DNA of 63,887 bases, filler included, from Octopus bimaculoides (GCF_001194135.2; 9 parts of 8 records of this genome joined end to end with filler, not necessarily neighbours in it), one strand, 5' to 3'. Shown: positions 1 through 13,225, counted from the whole stretch's first letter. Notes: generated from the letters alone by a model not told the origin. Made by a program: numbers and translations.

Positions 1-541
1 CACCACCACCAAGACGAACTAACTTCACTACCCCCACACTTTCACCACCTTCTCCATTCATCACCCCTTATCATTATGGTCATCTTTATTGTCAGTTCTA
101 TTGCTGTTATCACTAATACTGCTTCCATCCTAATGGTCACTACCATGACCAGCATCGCTACCACCACTGCTGCCGCCGCCACTACTACTACTACTACTAC
201 TAGTACTGCTACTACCACAACTACCAACACCACCATCACCACCACCATCAGAACTGCTACTGCCTCTACTACTACTACAACAGCAACAACCTTTCTCCTC
301 CCACTATCACCCTCCTCCCACTGCCATCTTTCTCCTATTCTCACCCTCCTCTTACTCTCACTCTCCTCCTATTCTTCCTCCCACTTCCCCTCATCTGCTG
401 CCCCTTCTCTTCTTTCCTTTGAAAATATCATCATTGTCATCATTATCACAACCACCCCCTTCATTACAACCATCAACACAAACACCACCACCACCACTAC
501 AACCACTGTCAACACTACAACCACCACCACCACCACCACCA
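1..541. repeat. Compound trinucleotide low-complexity tract (ACC/ACT/CAC, with a CT-rich core)
   Basis: Runs such as actactact and accaccacc; these generate the poly-T/V ORFs in the track. Confidence 0.95.
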
Positions 542-1206
542 NNNNNNNNNNNNNNNNNNNNNNNNNNNNNNNNNNNNNNNNNNNNNNNNNNNNNNNNNNN
601 NNNNNNNNNNNNNNNNNNNNNNNNNNNNNNNNNNNNNNNNNNNNNNNNNNNNNNNNNNNNNNNNNNNNNNNNNNNNNNNNNNNNNNNNNNNNNNNNNNNN
701 NNNNNNNNNCACTAACACCACCACCACCACCACCACCAACACCACCTCCACCACCACCACCATCATTTCGATTTCTGTCACCATCATCACCACTAACACC
801 ACCACCACCACCACAACCACCACCACAACCACTATCATTTCAATTAGCATTTGGAATGATGAAGCGAAACGATCGAATATTAAATCACAAGGAAGTCAAA
901 GACATCGAAGTCTTAGAGTAAATAGCAGTTAAAGAAAGTGGAAATTTAAGATGAAAATGTATGAAATGGTTAAAATGTGAAATGAAAACAATTGAGGCAT
1001 AAAATTTGAAATAGAAATGGTGAATCTATGACAAAAATAGTTGGAAAGGTAATAATGGTGACCTAGCAAAGAAAATACTGAAATTATATTGGATTAGTCA
1101 ATCTGCCAACATTCGTGTTTCTATTAATGTTATGAAGACTGAAATATTTCAACACAAGACTTATTTATCAGAATGAAATTAGGTATTAGCCAGACAATAA
1201 AGAAAA

Positions 1207-1266
1207 TGATGACGACGACGATGATGATGATGATGATGATGATGGCGGTGGTGGTGGTGGTGGTGG

Positions 1267-1337
<71 letters not shown>

Positions 1338-1361
1338 GTGGTTGTGGTGGTGGTGGTGGTG

Positions 1362-1392
<31 letters not shown>

Positions 1393-1410
1393 CGATGATG
1401 GTGATGATGG

Positions 1411-1462
<52 letters not shown>

Positions 1463-1502
1463 GATGATGATGATGATGATTATCATTATCATTATTATTG
1501 AC

Positions 1503-1539
<37 letters not shown>

Positions 1540-1636
1540 GAAGTGATGCTGATGGCAATTATTATCACTATTATTATAACTATTATTGACAGTGATTATT
1601 ATCATTATTATTATTATTGACAGGGATGCTGATGCA

Positions 1637-1667
<31 letters not shown>

Positions 1668-1680
1668 GTAACGATAATGA
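1207..1680. repeat. Compound (GAT)n/(GGT)n/(TAT)n microsatellite
   Basis: Directly visible; source of the poly-M, poly-H and poly-I ORFs. Confidence 0.97.
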
Positions 1681-1989
1681 TATAGAGGCAAGAATATGGA
1701 AATTCTTTTAGAAGAAAACAAATATTTATTTGTTAGTTATTATTTTTCTCATTACTGGATGGTAATCAAATAGTAAGAGAAAACAGATCATAATATTACG
1801 TCACCACTTCAATAAATCTGTAAACTATCTAAATCTCAGATAAGAGATCTTGATGAAGTGTCAACACATTGATAAATATCTACTGAAACTCTAAAAGATT
1901 ATACAACCGTCTGACTGAACAGATCACTTCTGAACTTTATACCAAGGTCATTCACATTCTGTTCCTATTCTCTTCTCCTTACAGTCTGT

Positions 1990-2360
1990 GTTAGCCCCCT
2001 TCTTAAATGTTAAGGCTAATATTGCTAAAAATTTCCTAGCCTTAATAAATAAAAATTTCCTTATAAACTACCAATGCAGAAAATTATTCAATAGAAATAA
2101 CCATAAACTGAGGTATAGTTGATGTAGCAACAATAAGAAAGATTTAATTGTCTCTTCCCCTCAGCTAAATCGAGGTTCAATGCGCATGCAGAAATACAAA
2201 TGCATGCTCCCTTTATAAGTCATACAACACAGAAGTGATTATCTTTGCAGTAGGAGCCATCCCCTACAAACTTAATCATAACTTAGTGTGTAAACACTAT
2301 GTAGATGTGATGCAAGGTAAATTTTAACAACAATAGTTCAACCAGTCTTTTCCATTAGAA
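1990..2360 (+). mobile_element. Decayed Penelope-like element, RT-thumb/linker to GIY-YIG region
   Basis: Manual translation gives APFLNVKANIAKNFLALINKNF...KLFNRNNHKLRYS*, then after a frameshift CACRNTNACSL...VII...KHYVDVMQGKF; resembles the PLE PP-NVKTN-GK-FL...FNRNT-K-SYS and CNCR...CPL...YIG pattern; stops and frameshifts present. Confidence 0.7.
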
Positions 2361-2364
2361 ATAT

Positions 2365-2573
2365 AGCTGTAGAAATGAGTTGCAATGTCACTGGTGCCAA
2401 GTTGTATTGGTTTTTGCCTTTCCCTTGTATAACATCAGTGGCATGGGGAGGGTAAACTGATATGCATGGGCGACTGCTGGTCTTCCATAAACAACCTTGC
2501 TCAGACTTGTATCTCAGAGGGAAACTCTCTAGGTGCAGTCCCATGGTCATTCATGACTGAAGAAGGTCTTTAT
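2365..2573 (+). mobile_element. SINE family D 3' tail fragment
   Basis: Reverse complement aligns with 18925-19130 (atggga-tgcacctaga-agttcccct...caaggttgtttatggaagacc). Confidence 0.8.
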
Positions 2574-2594
2574 AGAAAAGAAGAATATGATAAA

Positions 2595-2825
2595 GGTGAC
2601 GAGCTGGCAGAAACGTTAGCAGGCCGGGTGAAATGCTTAGCGGTATTTCGTCTGCCGTTATGTTCTGAGTTCAAATTCCACCAAGGTCGACTTTGCCTTT
2701 AGTCCTTTTGGGGTCGATAAATTAAATACCAGTTACACACTGGGGTTGATATAATCGACTTAATTTCTTTGTCTGTCCTTGTTTGTCCCCTCTATGTTTA
2801 GCCCCTTGTGGGCAATAAAGAAATA
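2595..2825 (+). mobile_element. Full-length tRNA-derived SINE, family A, with 21-bp TSD
   Basis: Head gagctggcagaaacgttagc...gagttcaaattcc (A/B-box-like); identical agaaaagaagaatatgataaa at 2574-2594 and 2826-2846; four or more other copies in the window. Confidence 0.93.
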
Positions 2826-3051
2826 AGAAAAGAAGAATATGATAAAACTATCCAGTTACATCTGGTGTTAGAAAGTTATTTCTATCAATTCAAGTGGAAG
2901 GCATCTTTCGATGAAAATGATGAAAATGTTGTGGAAGATAATCATAACTACTAAATCTTACAAAGGGAATTACAAATGACCACAAGTTACAAGATTCTAT
3001 GCTGAAGAAGAGTCATCTACTCCATGCATGCATGGAAAAAATTGCTGTACA

Positions 3052-3135
3052 AATGATGATGATGATGATGATGATGATGATATTGATGATGATGATGATA
3101 TTGATGATGATGATGATGATGATGATGACAATGCT
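3052..3135. repeat. (GAT)n microsatellite
   Basis: Directly visible. Confidence 0.95.
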
Positions 3136-4475
3136 GATGAGATGGAGGAAGGGGATGAAGAAAAAGAGGAATATTTTGTCTTGGATGACTATACTGCTAA
3201 TATTGAGACTGAATGTGTCCTCTTGTATGTAGACTGACTGAGTAACTTCACATACAGTTGGTCCTTTTGGATATCATTATTGTACAATCTGTTTGTGTAT
3301 AACATTATGTTTGTTTTCGATGTAACTTGCTCACAGAAATTATTAACCAAACATGTTTGTTCTTCAAAAGTGTGTTAGTATAACACTATATTATTTCAGT
3401 TATGTTGTTTCCGAAAACTTTCACTCAAGTTCCACAGTTTACATAGCTCCATCATATACACCATGCTACATAGCTAATTTTGCAGTCATTCTTGTACAAT
3501 GTTCCAATAAAAAGGCAGACATTACAAAAAAATAAATCTAATAGACCTTACCAGATTCTTCCACTACCATAAACTTTGACCGTCATTTTGCATAGAATAC
3601 TCATAAATGTAACAACTAATTCACTTTTGAGCCTAATGTCAAGAAATATTGCAAAATATAAGACCATTGTTGTTCTATCATATATATACACACTTTAATT
3701 TTTTTTTCCTGTATGATCTATTACAAAATTCATATCATTTATTACACATCATTACTTGTAAATTTTTCAATCTTTTCCTTGGCTTATTTCTTGCAACTAA
3801 TCACATCCATTTGGCTGCAGCTGGAAAACTGCATCTAGTGAATATATTTTGGCAGCTCATAACATTGTCATGTACATATTTCTCATTGCTCTTCTGAGAC
3901 AAGCTATCAGTATAGTATTTATTGTTGCTTTCAACATAGCTGAAACTTTATAGATTACTAGTTTAGCTAGCTACAGATTTCCTATAATGACAATGGCGAG
4001 TCTGTTACTTTGTGTATACTGTTACCATATGTAAGGTGTGTGATCATAGACCTGATGTACAAGATCAGATAAAACCCATTGTTTAACACACATGCCAAAG
4101 GGATATTATATATATTTGTATATGTATGTATGCATGCATACATGCATACATACATGCATACATACACACTTATAGACATACATACGTATGTATGTATGTA
4201 TGTATGTATAACATCATCATCATAATTATTGTTTTAACATTCACTTTTTCATGCTTGCATGGGTCAGATAGAGTTTATTGAGGCAGATTTTATATGGTTA
4301 GATGCCATTTCTGTTTCCAACCTTCACCAGCTACCAAGTAAGGTGATGTTTCATTATAGTTAGGTATGTTTACATGGAAGATTAGAAATAAACACCACCA
4401 CTTGTTAGAAGGCAACATTCGTTTCACAAACATTATGCAATGTCAAGACAACAACACACATACACACACACACAA

Positions 4476-5632
4476 GCTTTTTAATACCATCAATGTAAAA
4501 TCCTTTTGGTTTCAAAACAAAGAACTCTGAAATGTCAGTTTCGATCTCTTCCTGGCTTGCAAAAGCTATGTCCCCCAAATGATTCTGTAAACTATGAAAC
4601 AAATGGTAGTCTGAAGGAGTAAGGTCAGGAGAATAAGGTGGATGAGGAATTTTTAGCCAACCAAGCTCTTCGATCTTCTGTGATGTGATCTTTGCAGTGT
4701 GAGGTCGTGCATTGTCCTGATGAAACATCACTCCTTTTTGATTCACTAAAGTGGGTCTTTTTTTCTTCAAGGCTTGGTTCAAACGCTCTAATTGCAGACA
4801 GTATACTTGAGCATTGATTGCTGCATTAGGTGATAACAATTCAAAGTGAATTATTCCTTTGCAATCCCACCAGATAGAGAGAAGAACCATTTTCCCATGA
4901 AGTTCCCTTCTCGGTTGTGATTGAGCTTTTTCCCTTTTACCAAGCCAATGTTTACAATGTTTAACATTTTGATAGAAGATCCATTTTTTGTTACCAGTCA
5001 CAAGTCTATCCAAAAAGGGTGAAATGAATTCACGAGAATGAAGAGAAGAGCAGATGTCAACTCAGGATTTGGGGTTGCTTTCAGATAATTCATGAGGCAC
5101 CATTTTCCAAGTTTAGGAACCTTTCTAAGTTGTTGAAAATGACAATGAATAGTTGTATGGTTTGAACTAAGCTTTATTGCCAATTCTTCAACTGATAATG
5201 CAGGATTTTCTTCAAGTAATGCTTCAAGGAGCTTATTATCAAACTCAACTGGACGTCCTGTTTGATCTTCATCTTCAAGGATGAAATCTCCACTTATGAA
5301 TTTTGCAAGCCATCTTCTGCAAGTTCTTTCATTCAAGCATTCTTTCCCATAAACTGAGTGAATGTTTCAAGTCGCTTTGGCTGCAGAGTTTCCCACTTTG
5401 TACTCATAAAGCATTATATGCCTCAAATACTCTTTGGATAATTCCATGTTAGAAAGGGTTTTAATCAAAGAAATTTTAATTCTATTATTCTGTAAAATAA
5501 TATTTAATTAGTCTAAATGTACACAAATGCATAAAAATAGTTTTTAATTCCATTAGACATTCTAAAATACTATTAAATTTCTTTCAATTTTAAAAAGATA
5601 AAATCAGACAGAACTTATGGAATGACCTTATA
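4476..5632 (-). mobile_element. Mariner (DD34D) transposon, 3'-truncated, transposase pseudogene
   Basis: ATG at 5447 (MELSKEYLRHIMLYEYKVGNSAAKAT*); ORFs 4998-5336 and 4405-5013 carry TCRRWLAKF, GRP, VTG-KKW, FHQDNARPH, HPPYSPDLTPSDYHLF; TIR taaggtcattccataagttc ends at 5630 with TA; the other end is lost at a CA repeat; one stop and one frameshift. Confidence 0.95.
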
Positions 5633-5634
5633 TT

Positions 5635-5666
<32 letters not shown>

Positions 5667-6058
5667 TATATATATATATATACATATGTATAGATGCATG
5701 TGTGTATGCATATGTGTGTATGTATATATATATGTATGTGTATGAGTATAAATATTTATATAAGTAAGAAGAATGAATTAGGTACCACCTAATTATTTAT
5801 CACAATTTTTTCTCTACGATTCCATTTCTAACCTCACTGCATGTAAGTGATTCTATGTGAAAAGTTACATATTGTGTACAGTTGAATTTATTAGAATTGC
5901 ACTTCATATGACTTGCATTAAGTTGAATCTTTTGGGATTGTGCAAAAATATGTATATATATATATGCTTGTATGCATGTATATATAAATATATATCTATA
6001 TATACATGTTCACACATATACGTATTCATTAAAAAAATATTATGAGTAATAAAGGCTT

Positions 6059-6431
6059 CATTTCCTAGTTTATTGATATAGTAATATAAAATAACTTTGA
6101 ATTTTCCTAAGGAAATGATATGAAATGCTGTTTAAATCCTTTTATCTAGTCCATTGTGTGTTTGTGTGTGTGTGTGTGTGTGTGTTTGTGTGCGTGTCTG
6201 TTAATTGTCTAACGCTAGTGAGTCATTTTTTGTCTCTAACAAATATTGACTTTCTAATGCTAGACAGAATACACACAGGCACACACACACATACACACAC
6301 ACATACACACACACAGACACACACACATGTGAAAACCTAGATAAAAAGATTTAAGTTGTAATTCTTTTCATTTCCTTAGGAAAATTTAAAGTTGTTTTAT
6401 ATTTATATGTAAACAAATAAGCTAAGAAATG
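6059..6431. mobile_element. Foldback/MITE-like element with long imperfect inverted arms
   Basis: 6059-6149 matches the reverse complement of 6337-6431 (aattttcctaaggaaatga, ttaaatc-ttttatctag); the inner (TG)n faces (CA)n. Confidence 0.75.
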
Positions 6432-6650
6432 CTACCTTTGTCATTTCTGAGGTAGCAGAATTGTTAGAGTGTCAGGGAAAAAATGCTTTGACGTACTGAA
6501 GAACTTCTTCTGACTTTTTACCAAAAAATTCATATACTATTCAGCACACTAGCAACAACTTTTTCTTCTTTACATACTTACATACAGGCACACATTCACA
6601 CACACATATATATATACATGTACATACATATTTGTAAATGCATGTGTGTG

Positions 6651-6684
<34 letters not shown>

Positions 6685-6852
6685 NNNNNNNNNNNNNNNN
6701 NNNNNNNNNNNNNNNNNNNNNNNNNNNNNNNNNNNNNNNNNNNNNNNNNNNNNNNNNNNNNNNNNNNNNNNNNNNNNNNNNNNNNNNNNNNNNNNNNNNN
6801 NNNNNNNNNNNNNNNNNNNNNNNNNNNNNNNNNNNNNNNNNNNNNNNNNNNN

Positions 6853-7090
6853 AGCATGGGTTGGACGATTTGACTGAGGACTGGTGGACCAGGAGGCGAC
6901 ACCAGGCTCCAATCTTATTTGGCAGAGTTTCTACAGCTGGATGCCCTTCCTAATACCAACCACTCCGAGAGTGTAGTGGGTGTTTTACGTGCCACTGGCA
7001 CGAGGGCCAGTAAGGCGGTACTGGTGATGGCCACGCTCAAAATGGTGTATTTTACGTGCCACCTGCACAGGAACCAGTCCATCGGCACTA
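6853..7090 (+). mobile_element. Interspersed repeat with RTE-type 3' segment (ggatgcccttcct...caacc)
   Basis: GC-richer island with a motif typical of RTE-derived tails; 5' end lost in a gap. Confidence 0.6.
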
Positions 7091-7112
7091 TATATACATA
7101 CATACATACATA

Positions 7113-7530
7113 GGTTTATACCTGTAATTATTAGGGCGCTGGGATATGTAAAACACTGCCTAAATACCAATCTTGAGAAATTGGGCTTCTCAGGACCAGA
7201 AAGTAGAAAGCTAATTCGAAGACTATAGATCCAATCCATTATGGGAACTGTAAAAATCTGTAAAACTTTCCAGAATTTTATCATTTAAATTAGTAGTACA
7301 AGAAAATATGTTCTATGTAGAAAGTATCTCATCACTTCTGCAAAAGAAAAATTCAAAATATTCCTAGTTTAAGAAAATGAAGCATGAAAATCATCAACTA
7401 TGAAAAGTAAAAGAATGCTTTATAAGATTTCTAAATTTATAACTAAACCAGAAGTAGTCTACACCTTTACTAAAAACAACTTGTTGTAGATGCATTAACC
7501 TAGAATGCATGTGTTTGCAAAGTCACACAC
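7113..7530 (+). mobile_element. 3' end of R4/Dong-like non-LTR retrotransposon (REL C-terminus plus 3' UTR)
   Basis: FIPVIIRALGYVKHCLNTNLEKLGF...RKLIRRL*IQSIMGTVKICKTF, stop at 7286-7288; resembles the IIP-IVGALG...LQK-ALLGT-KI terminus of the R4 clade. Confidence 0.7.
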
Positions 7531-7599
7531 AAAAAACACACTATATGAAAACTTCTTCAATGGTTGGTGACATTCTCTTCTTTAAATGATTTTTTAAAA

Positions 7600-7822
7600 T
7601 AGTTAATAATTTTACAAAAAAAATTTATTTTAACCGATCCAAAATTTTCTACTTGTTTTATGTTCAAGCTTGCTAGATCTGGCCTCTCACACCTATCTAA
7701 CAATGTCATTCAAAACACATCATTGAAATCACAAAGCTATGAGATAATGCATGAATAATTGAAAACAATGTACAGAAATAAGCCTTACATTAGACAGCAT
7801 AATATGAATGCTAAAGGGTTAA
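7600..7822. mobile_element. Non-autonomous DNA-transposon end fragment
   Basis: Ends in aatgctaaagggttaa (rc ttaaccctttagcatt), a TTAA-CCC-type terminus; recognised from memory as a common octopod repeat. Confidence 0.45.
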
Positions 7823-8456
7823 ATATATGCACCCCCCCACACACACTTACATATAAACATATAAGTATAAAAAAATTGAATTATTATGTGCACACTGAAC
7901 AGTGAGAAGGTGAAGATTGCCATAATATTCATTCTTAGTATATTTTGGTAAATTTAAGTGTGAATATGTTAATCACTGTTCTCTTCTGTTACTGGAGAAC
8001 AACTTCTCTTCTTTGGACAAATGTGTGTTCATAACACACTTGATTCATTAGGATAAGGGGACTTTGGGACACCTAGTGTTTCAGCCTTGTTTTCTCTTCT
8101 CAGCCAAAGTTAACTCGGAGTAATGGATCTAACAAGAGTTTTGGGTTTTTGTTTATAAATTAAGCAAACAAATTATTTACTGATGTGTACTGATATCTAC
8201 CAGGTTATAATAAATAATCATGATCATGGTGAACAGTGAGAATTAGAACACACACACAAACACATGTTTAAATATATATATATATGCTTAAGTATATTCC
8301 TACCTCAGTTCATCTAATTGTATGTATATATCATTACTTTTCATAAAAAGCCTTACCTTCTTTTTGATTTCCAATGTGCATTTTCTCTTATCTTTCTGCT
8401 TACTTTCCCCTTACATTTCCACGTGTAGTTTCTAGTTTGTTTTTTTAACATATTTC

Positions 8457-8492
<36 letters not shown>

Positions 8493-9095
8493 ATAATAAT
8501 NNNNNNNNNNNNNNNNNNNNNNNNNNNNNNNNNNNNNNNNNNNNNNNNNNNNNNNNNNNNNNNNNNNNNNNNNNNNNNNNNNNNNNNNNNNNNNNNNNNN
8601 NNNNNNNNNNNNNNNNNNNNNNNNNNNNNNNNNNNNNNNNNNNNNNNNNNNNNNNNNNNNNNNNNNNNNNNNNNNNNNNNNNNNNNNNNNNNNNNNNNNN
8701 NNNNNNNNNNNNNNNNNNNNNNNNNNNNNNNNNNNNNNNNNNNNNNNNNNNNNNNNNNNNNNNNNNNNNNNNNNNNNNNNNNNNNNNNNNNNNNNNNNNN
8801 NNNNNNNNNNNNNNNNNNNNNNNNNNNNNNNNNNNNNNNNNNNNNNNNNNNNNNNNNNNNNNNNNNNNNNNNNNNNNNNNNNNNNNNNNNNNNNNNNNNN
8901 NNNNNNNNNNNNNNNNNNNNNNNNNNNNNNNNNNNNNNNNNNNNNNNNNNNNNNNNNNNNNNNNNNNNNNNNNNNNNNNNNNNNNNNNNNNNNNNNNNNN
9001 NNNNNNNNNNNNNNNNNNNNNNNNNNNNNNNNNNNNNNNNNNNNNNNNNNNNNNNNNNNNNNNNNNNNNNNNNNNNNNNNNNNNNNNNNNNNNNN

Positions 9096-9132
<37 letters not shown>

Positions 9133-10019
9133 CACACAAATACATGTATATCTATATATATACATATATATATATACATACACACACACACACATACCAC
9201 ATACATGTATGTAGTTGAAGAATTATATCTCAAGCAAAGTACCTTGAGCAACATAATAAATGCAATCTTTGATTTGCAGAGAAGTTAAAGATACTGACTC
9301 TGCTAAGGAACATACATAATAAAGTAGAGCAAACACTTTCTCATTGTCCATAGATAAAACAGTTTTGAAATGCATCTCAGCCCCCAACAAGCCACAGATC
9401 CAACCCATCTTCTTGCTTGCACTTTTGCACCTTCTATGTCTATTCCCCAAGCACTTCCATAAATATTGACCATCCTTCAGTATTGCAAACCACAAAAGTG
9501 ACACCTGTTCAATAATGATATCACTCACCATTAATAACACATTGGCATTTCTTCATATCCCATTATTCTACTCTCTATAACTATACAGGGCCTAACACCT
9601 CAAGAGATACCAAATATTTGGATAACACCTACCTACCATCTAGCACCCAGAACTCATCAACATATCACCAATATTTATCTTATAGTGCCAACAACTCTCT
9701 CCACTGACATATATCATTACAGTTTTAATTATGCATATATGTACTTGCTCACAACATAGACAACTCTTATCACACAACAATGTATACTACCAGAATTGTG
9801 AACAACATGTATAAATCATGAGTGTGAGATATACATGAGTGCAGCTCATGTATAAGTCACACTCTTGCATAACTTGCACTCATATATAAATTGCTTCTTT
9901 AATTTAGAGTTAAATCTTGATACCAAATTTCATTTTCTCTTCACAGTTTTAGCTCTACTCTGTATAAGCTGCGATTCCAATTTATTTTATTCATTTAAAA
10001 TCATGTATAAAACAGTGCA

Positions 10020-11060
10020 ATTTATACAAGGTAGAGTCAAAAACTATATGCATTCTTATTTTCCAATGTATCAACACAAAAGCAGTGGACAAGCAAGCAC
10101 ATCATTTTTCTATAAAGTCTCTTTTCTTTGCGATGCACTTCATCCAGTGGTCCACAAGCTTGCGTATTCCCTATAAGAAGAAGGTTTTTTGGTTGGTCAT
10201 GCAATCATTTATACACTGCTTCTTTTACATTTTCATCCATAGGAAATCAACAACTTTTGAGTGGTCCAAGCGTATGATAGTCAGAAGGGGCAACATCTGG
10301 GCTGTAGGCAGGGTGTTTCAGCACCTCGAAACGTAATCGGTGAATGGTTTCAATGGGTGTGCATTGTCATGCAACAACAAAGCTTGCTTTGACAATAGGC
10401 GCAGGAGTGGCTGTGTGGTAAGTAGCTTGCTTACCAATCATATGGTTCTGGGATCAGTCCACTGCGTGGTACCTTGGGCAAGTGTCTTCTACTATAGCCT
10501 TGGACTGACCAAAGCCTTGTAAGTAGGTTTGGTAGATGGAAGCTGAAAGAAGCCCGTCGTATATATGTATGTATGTGTGTGTGTATGTTTGTGTGTCTGT
10601 ATTTGTCTCCCCAACATTGCTTGACAACCGATGCTGGTGTGTTTACGTCCCCGTCACTTAGTGGTTCAGCAAGAGAGACTGATAGAATAAGTACTAGGCT
10701 TACAAAGAATAAGTCCTGAGGGCCTGTTTGCTCGACTAAAGGTGGTACTCCAGCATGGCCGCAGTCAAATGACTGAAACAAATAAAAGAATAAAAGAATA
10801 ATAGGTTTCGGCATTTGGAGCAAATTGTTGACTTCAGTTTGTTGGCCAGTAAAGCCCTGCATCTTGCACTGTTGATCATTACACCCCATTTCCAGAGAAA
10901 TTGGATCACTGCTTTTTGGTCTTCTTTGGTACACATTGCTAGTGGAGCAGTCATGCTGACACTGTGTGTGTGTGTACGTATGGTGGACGCTCTTGTTGTA
11001 AAAGACTGATGAAGGTTCTGCAATTCCTCACTGAATTTGTTTATAGTAATCAATTGTTGT
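10020..11060 (-). mobile_element. Internally deleted mariner relic interrupted by a SINE
   Basis: Right part encodes MTAPLAMCTKEDQKAVIQFLWKWGV; left part encodes LHDNAHP...LKHPAYSPDVAPSDYHTLGPLK across frameshifts; TIR-like tacaaggtagagtcaaaaact at about 10024. Confidence 0.8.
10398..10800 (+). mobile_element. Full-length tRNA-derived SINE, family B
   Basis: Head ggcgcaggagtggctgtgtggtaagtagcttgc...; internal (GT) tract; tail gctccagcatggccgcagtcaaatgactgaaaca-(taaaagaa)n; homologous to 30054-30446. Confidence 0.92.
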
Positions 11061-11119
11061 TCCTCTTTCCATCAGATCAATATTTGCTGTACAGCTGCAC
11101 AACATGCAGTAGACCAGTT

Positions 11120-11250
11120 CTCAAAGTGATCACAAAGCAATGAAGAGTTTCGCTTAAGAACAAAATGCATCACCCAGTCTAGGAATTGAAACCATAATCT
11201 TGTGATCACGAGTGCGACATCCTAATAGAAAGGCCATGCACCTTCACATT
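11120..11250 (-). mobile_element. tRNA-like SINE head (family C/D), degenerate
   Basis: rc gtgaaggtgcatggcc...ggtttcaattcctagactgg; same head as 41030-41145. Confidence 0.65.
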
Positions 11251-11333
11251 ATATAATGCAATATGATATAATGTAATATAATATGATTTATATATTATAT
11301 AAAAATATATATATGTACATTCACATATCCATG

Positions 11334-11369
<36 letters not shown>

Positions 11370-11426
11370 GGTTTCTCCTTTTATTTATACGTGTGCTAAT
11401 GTATATAGGTATATATATATATTTGC

Positions 11427-11479
<53 letters not shown>

Positions 11480-12924
11480 ATAGCACACGTGCATAAATGA
11501 TAGGAGAAACCTAATGCTGAAAAGCTAAGTTCTTGAGAAAAATCTGGATGAGTTTTCTATTGAAGTAAGATCTCAGTACTTCAGACAGACATTTGTAACT
11601 TAATTAGAGATTTGCAGAGAGTTGAAAGTAGTTTTCTTTTGTCTAAATAGTAGCAAGTTTTCTTTCGTAAGAAAAAGATTCTTCGTTTAATTCCAGTCAG
11701 TGGGTTCTTTTACATTTTTCTTACCACAGTTTTTGTTTATGGTTATATAATATAACTTTCAAACATGTATATAGACTCATAGGCATACATATANNNNNNN
11801 NNNNNNNNNNNNNNNNNNNNNNNNNNNNNNNNNNNNNNNNNNNNNNNNNNNNNNNNNNNNNNNNNNNNNNNNNNNNNNNNNNNNNNNNNNNNNNNNNNNN
11901 NNNNNNNNNNNNNNNNNNNNNNNNNNNNNNNNNNNNNNNNNNNNNNNNNNNNNNNNNNNNNNNNNNNNNNNNNNNNNNNNNNNNNNNNNNNNNNNNNNNN
12001 NNNNNNNNNNNNNNNNNNNNNNNNNNNNNNNNNNNNNNNNNNNNNNNNNNNNNNNNNNNNNNNNNNNNNNNNNNNNNNNNNNNNNNNNNNNNNNNNNNNN
12101 NNNNNNNNNNNNNNNNNNNNNNNNNNNNNNNNNNNNNNNNNNNNNNNNNNNNNNNNNNNNNNNNNNNNNNNNNNNNNNNNNNNNNNNNNNNNNNNNNNNN
12201 NNNNNNNNNNNNNNNNNNNNNNNNNNNNNNNNNNNNNNNNNNNNNNNNNNNNNNNNNNNNNNNNNNNNNNNNNNNNNNNNNNNNNNNNNNNNNNNNNNNN
12301 NNNNNNNNNNNNNNNNNNNNNNNNNNNNNNNNNNNNNNNNNNNNNNNNNNNNNNNNNNNNNNNNNNNNNNNNNNNNNNNNNNNNNNNNNNNNNNNNNNNN
12401 NNNNNNNNNNNNNNNNNNNNNNNNNNNNNNNNNNNNNNNNNNNNNNNNNNNNNNNNNNNNNNNNNNNNNNNNNNNNNNNNNNNNNNNNNNNNATCTATGA
12501 TAGATCTATTTTCTATAATGTATATATGTCTGTGTTTTAGTGTGTGTGTGCATACATGAAATATATATAGTAAACAGCACACTGCATATAACTGAACCGT
12601 TGTTTCATTCAATTCTGCGCTAGTCCTAAGCGGATTGAGAGGATTATCTTGTCAGTCTCCTGTTTAGCTAACATATGACAAACATATATCATATTCTACA
12701 CACTTCTAACACAAAAGGTGTATTGAGCACTTTTGGGTTTTTCTATCACAAAATAAACATTATTCTGTCTGTGTAAATACCCAACAACATACTTATGTAC
12801 ATGTGTTCATAGGTACACCTGTCTATATATTTATCTATCTATTTGTCTACCTGTCTATTGATACATATATACATACACACACATGCACACACATACACAT
12901 ACACACATAAATATATATATGGAG

Positions 12925-13040
12925 ACATGGGATGAGGTAATGAGAACTGATTTCAGGATGTTGAACCTCAGAAAGAAGAGATGACAAAGGATCAAGATGG
13001 CCGGCAACAGGCAGTTCTCGAGAAGACCTGCTCATGTCAG
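12925..13040 (+). mobile_element. RTE LINE 3' end fragment
   Basis: TWDEVMRTDFRMLNL resembles the RTE C-terminal KTWDEVV--DL--L-L motif. Confidence 0.6.
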
Positions 13041-13057
13041 TGTAACTGAACGTGTGT

Positions 13058-13225
13058 ATTCTTTCATTCTTATACTTGTTTCAGTCATTTGACTGTGGCC
13101 ATGCTGGAGCACCACCTCTAGTCAAACAAGTTAACCCCAGGACTTATTCTATTGGTCTCTTTCGCCGAACTGCTAAGTTATGGGGATGTAAACACACCAA
13201 CATTGGTTGTCAAGCAATGGTGGGT
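13058..13225 (-). mobile_element. SINE family B 3' fragment
   Basis: tttcagtcatttgactgtggccatgctggagcacc...ccgaactgctaagttatggggatgtaaacacacc. Confidence 0.88.

Noticed and set aside
42-1568. Long ORFs rich in T, V, M, H, I or P
   Set aside because: Translations of trinucleotide microsatellites and N runs; no complex sequence
3028-3237. Acidic ORF (poly-D...EEKEEYFVLDDY)
   Set aside because: Mostly a (GAT)n repeat; no supporting splice or homology evidence
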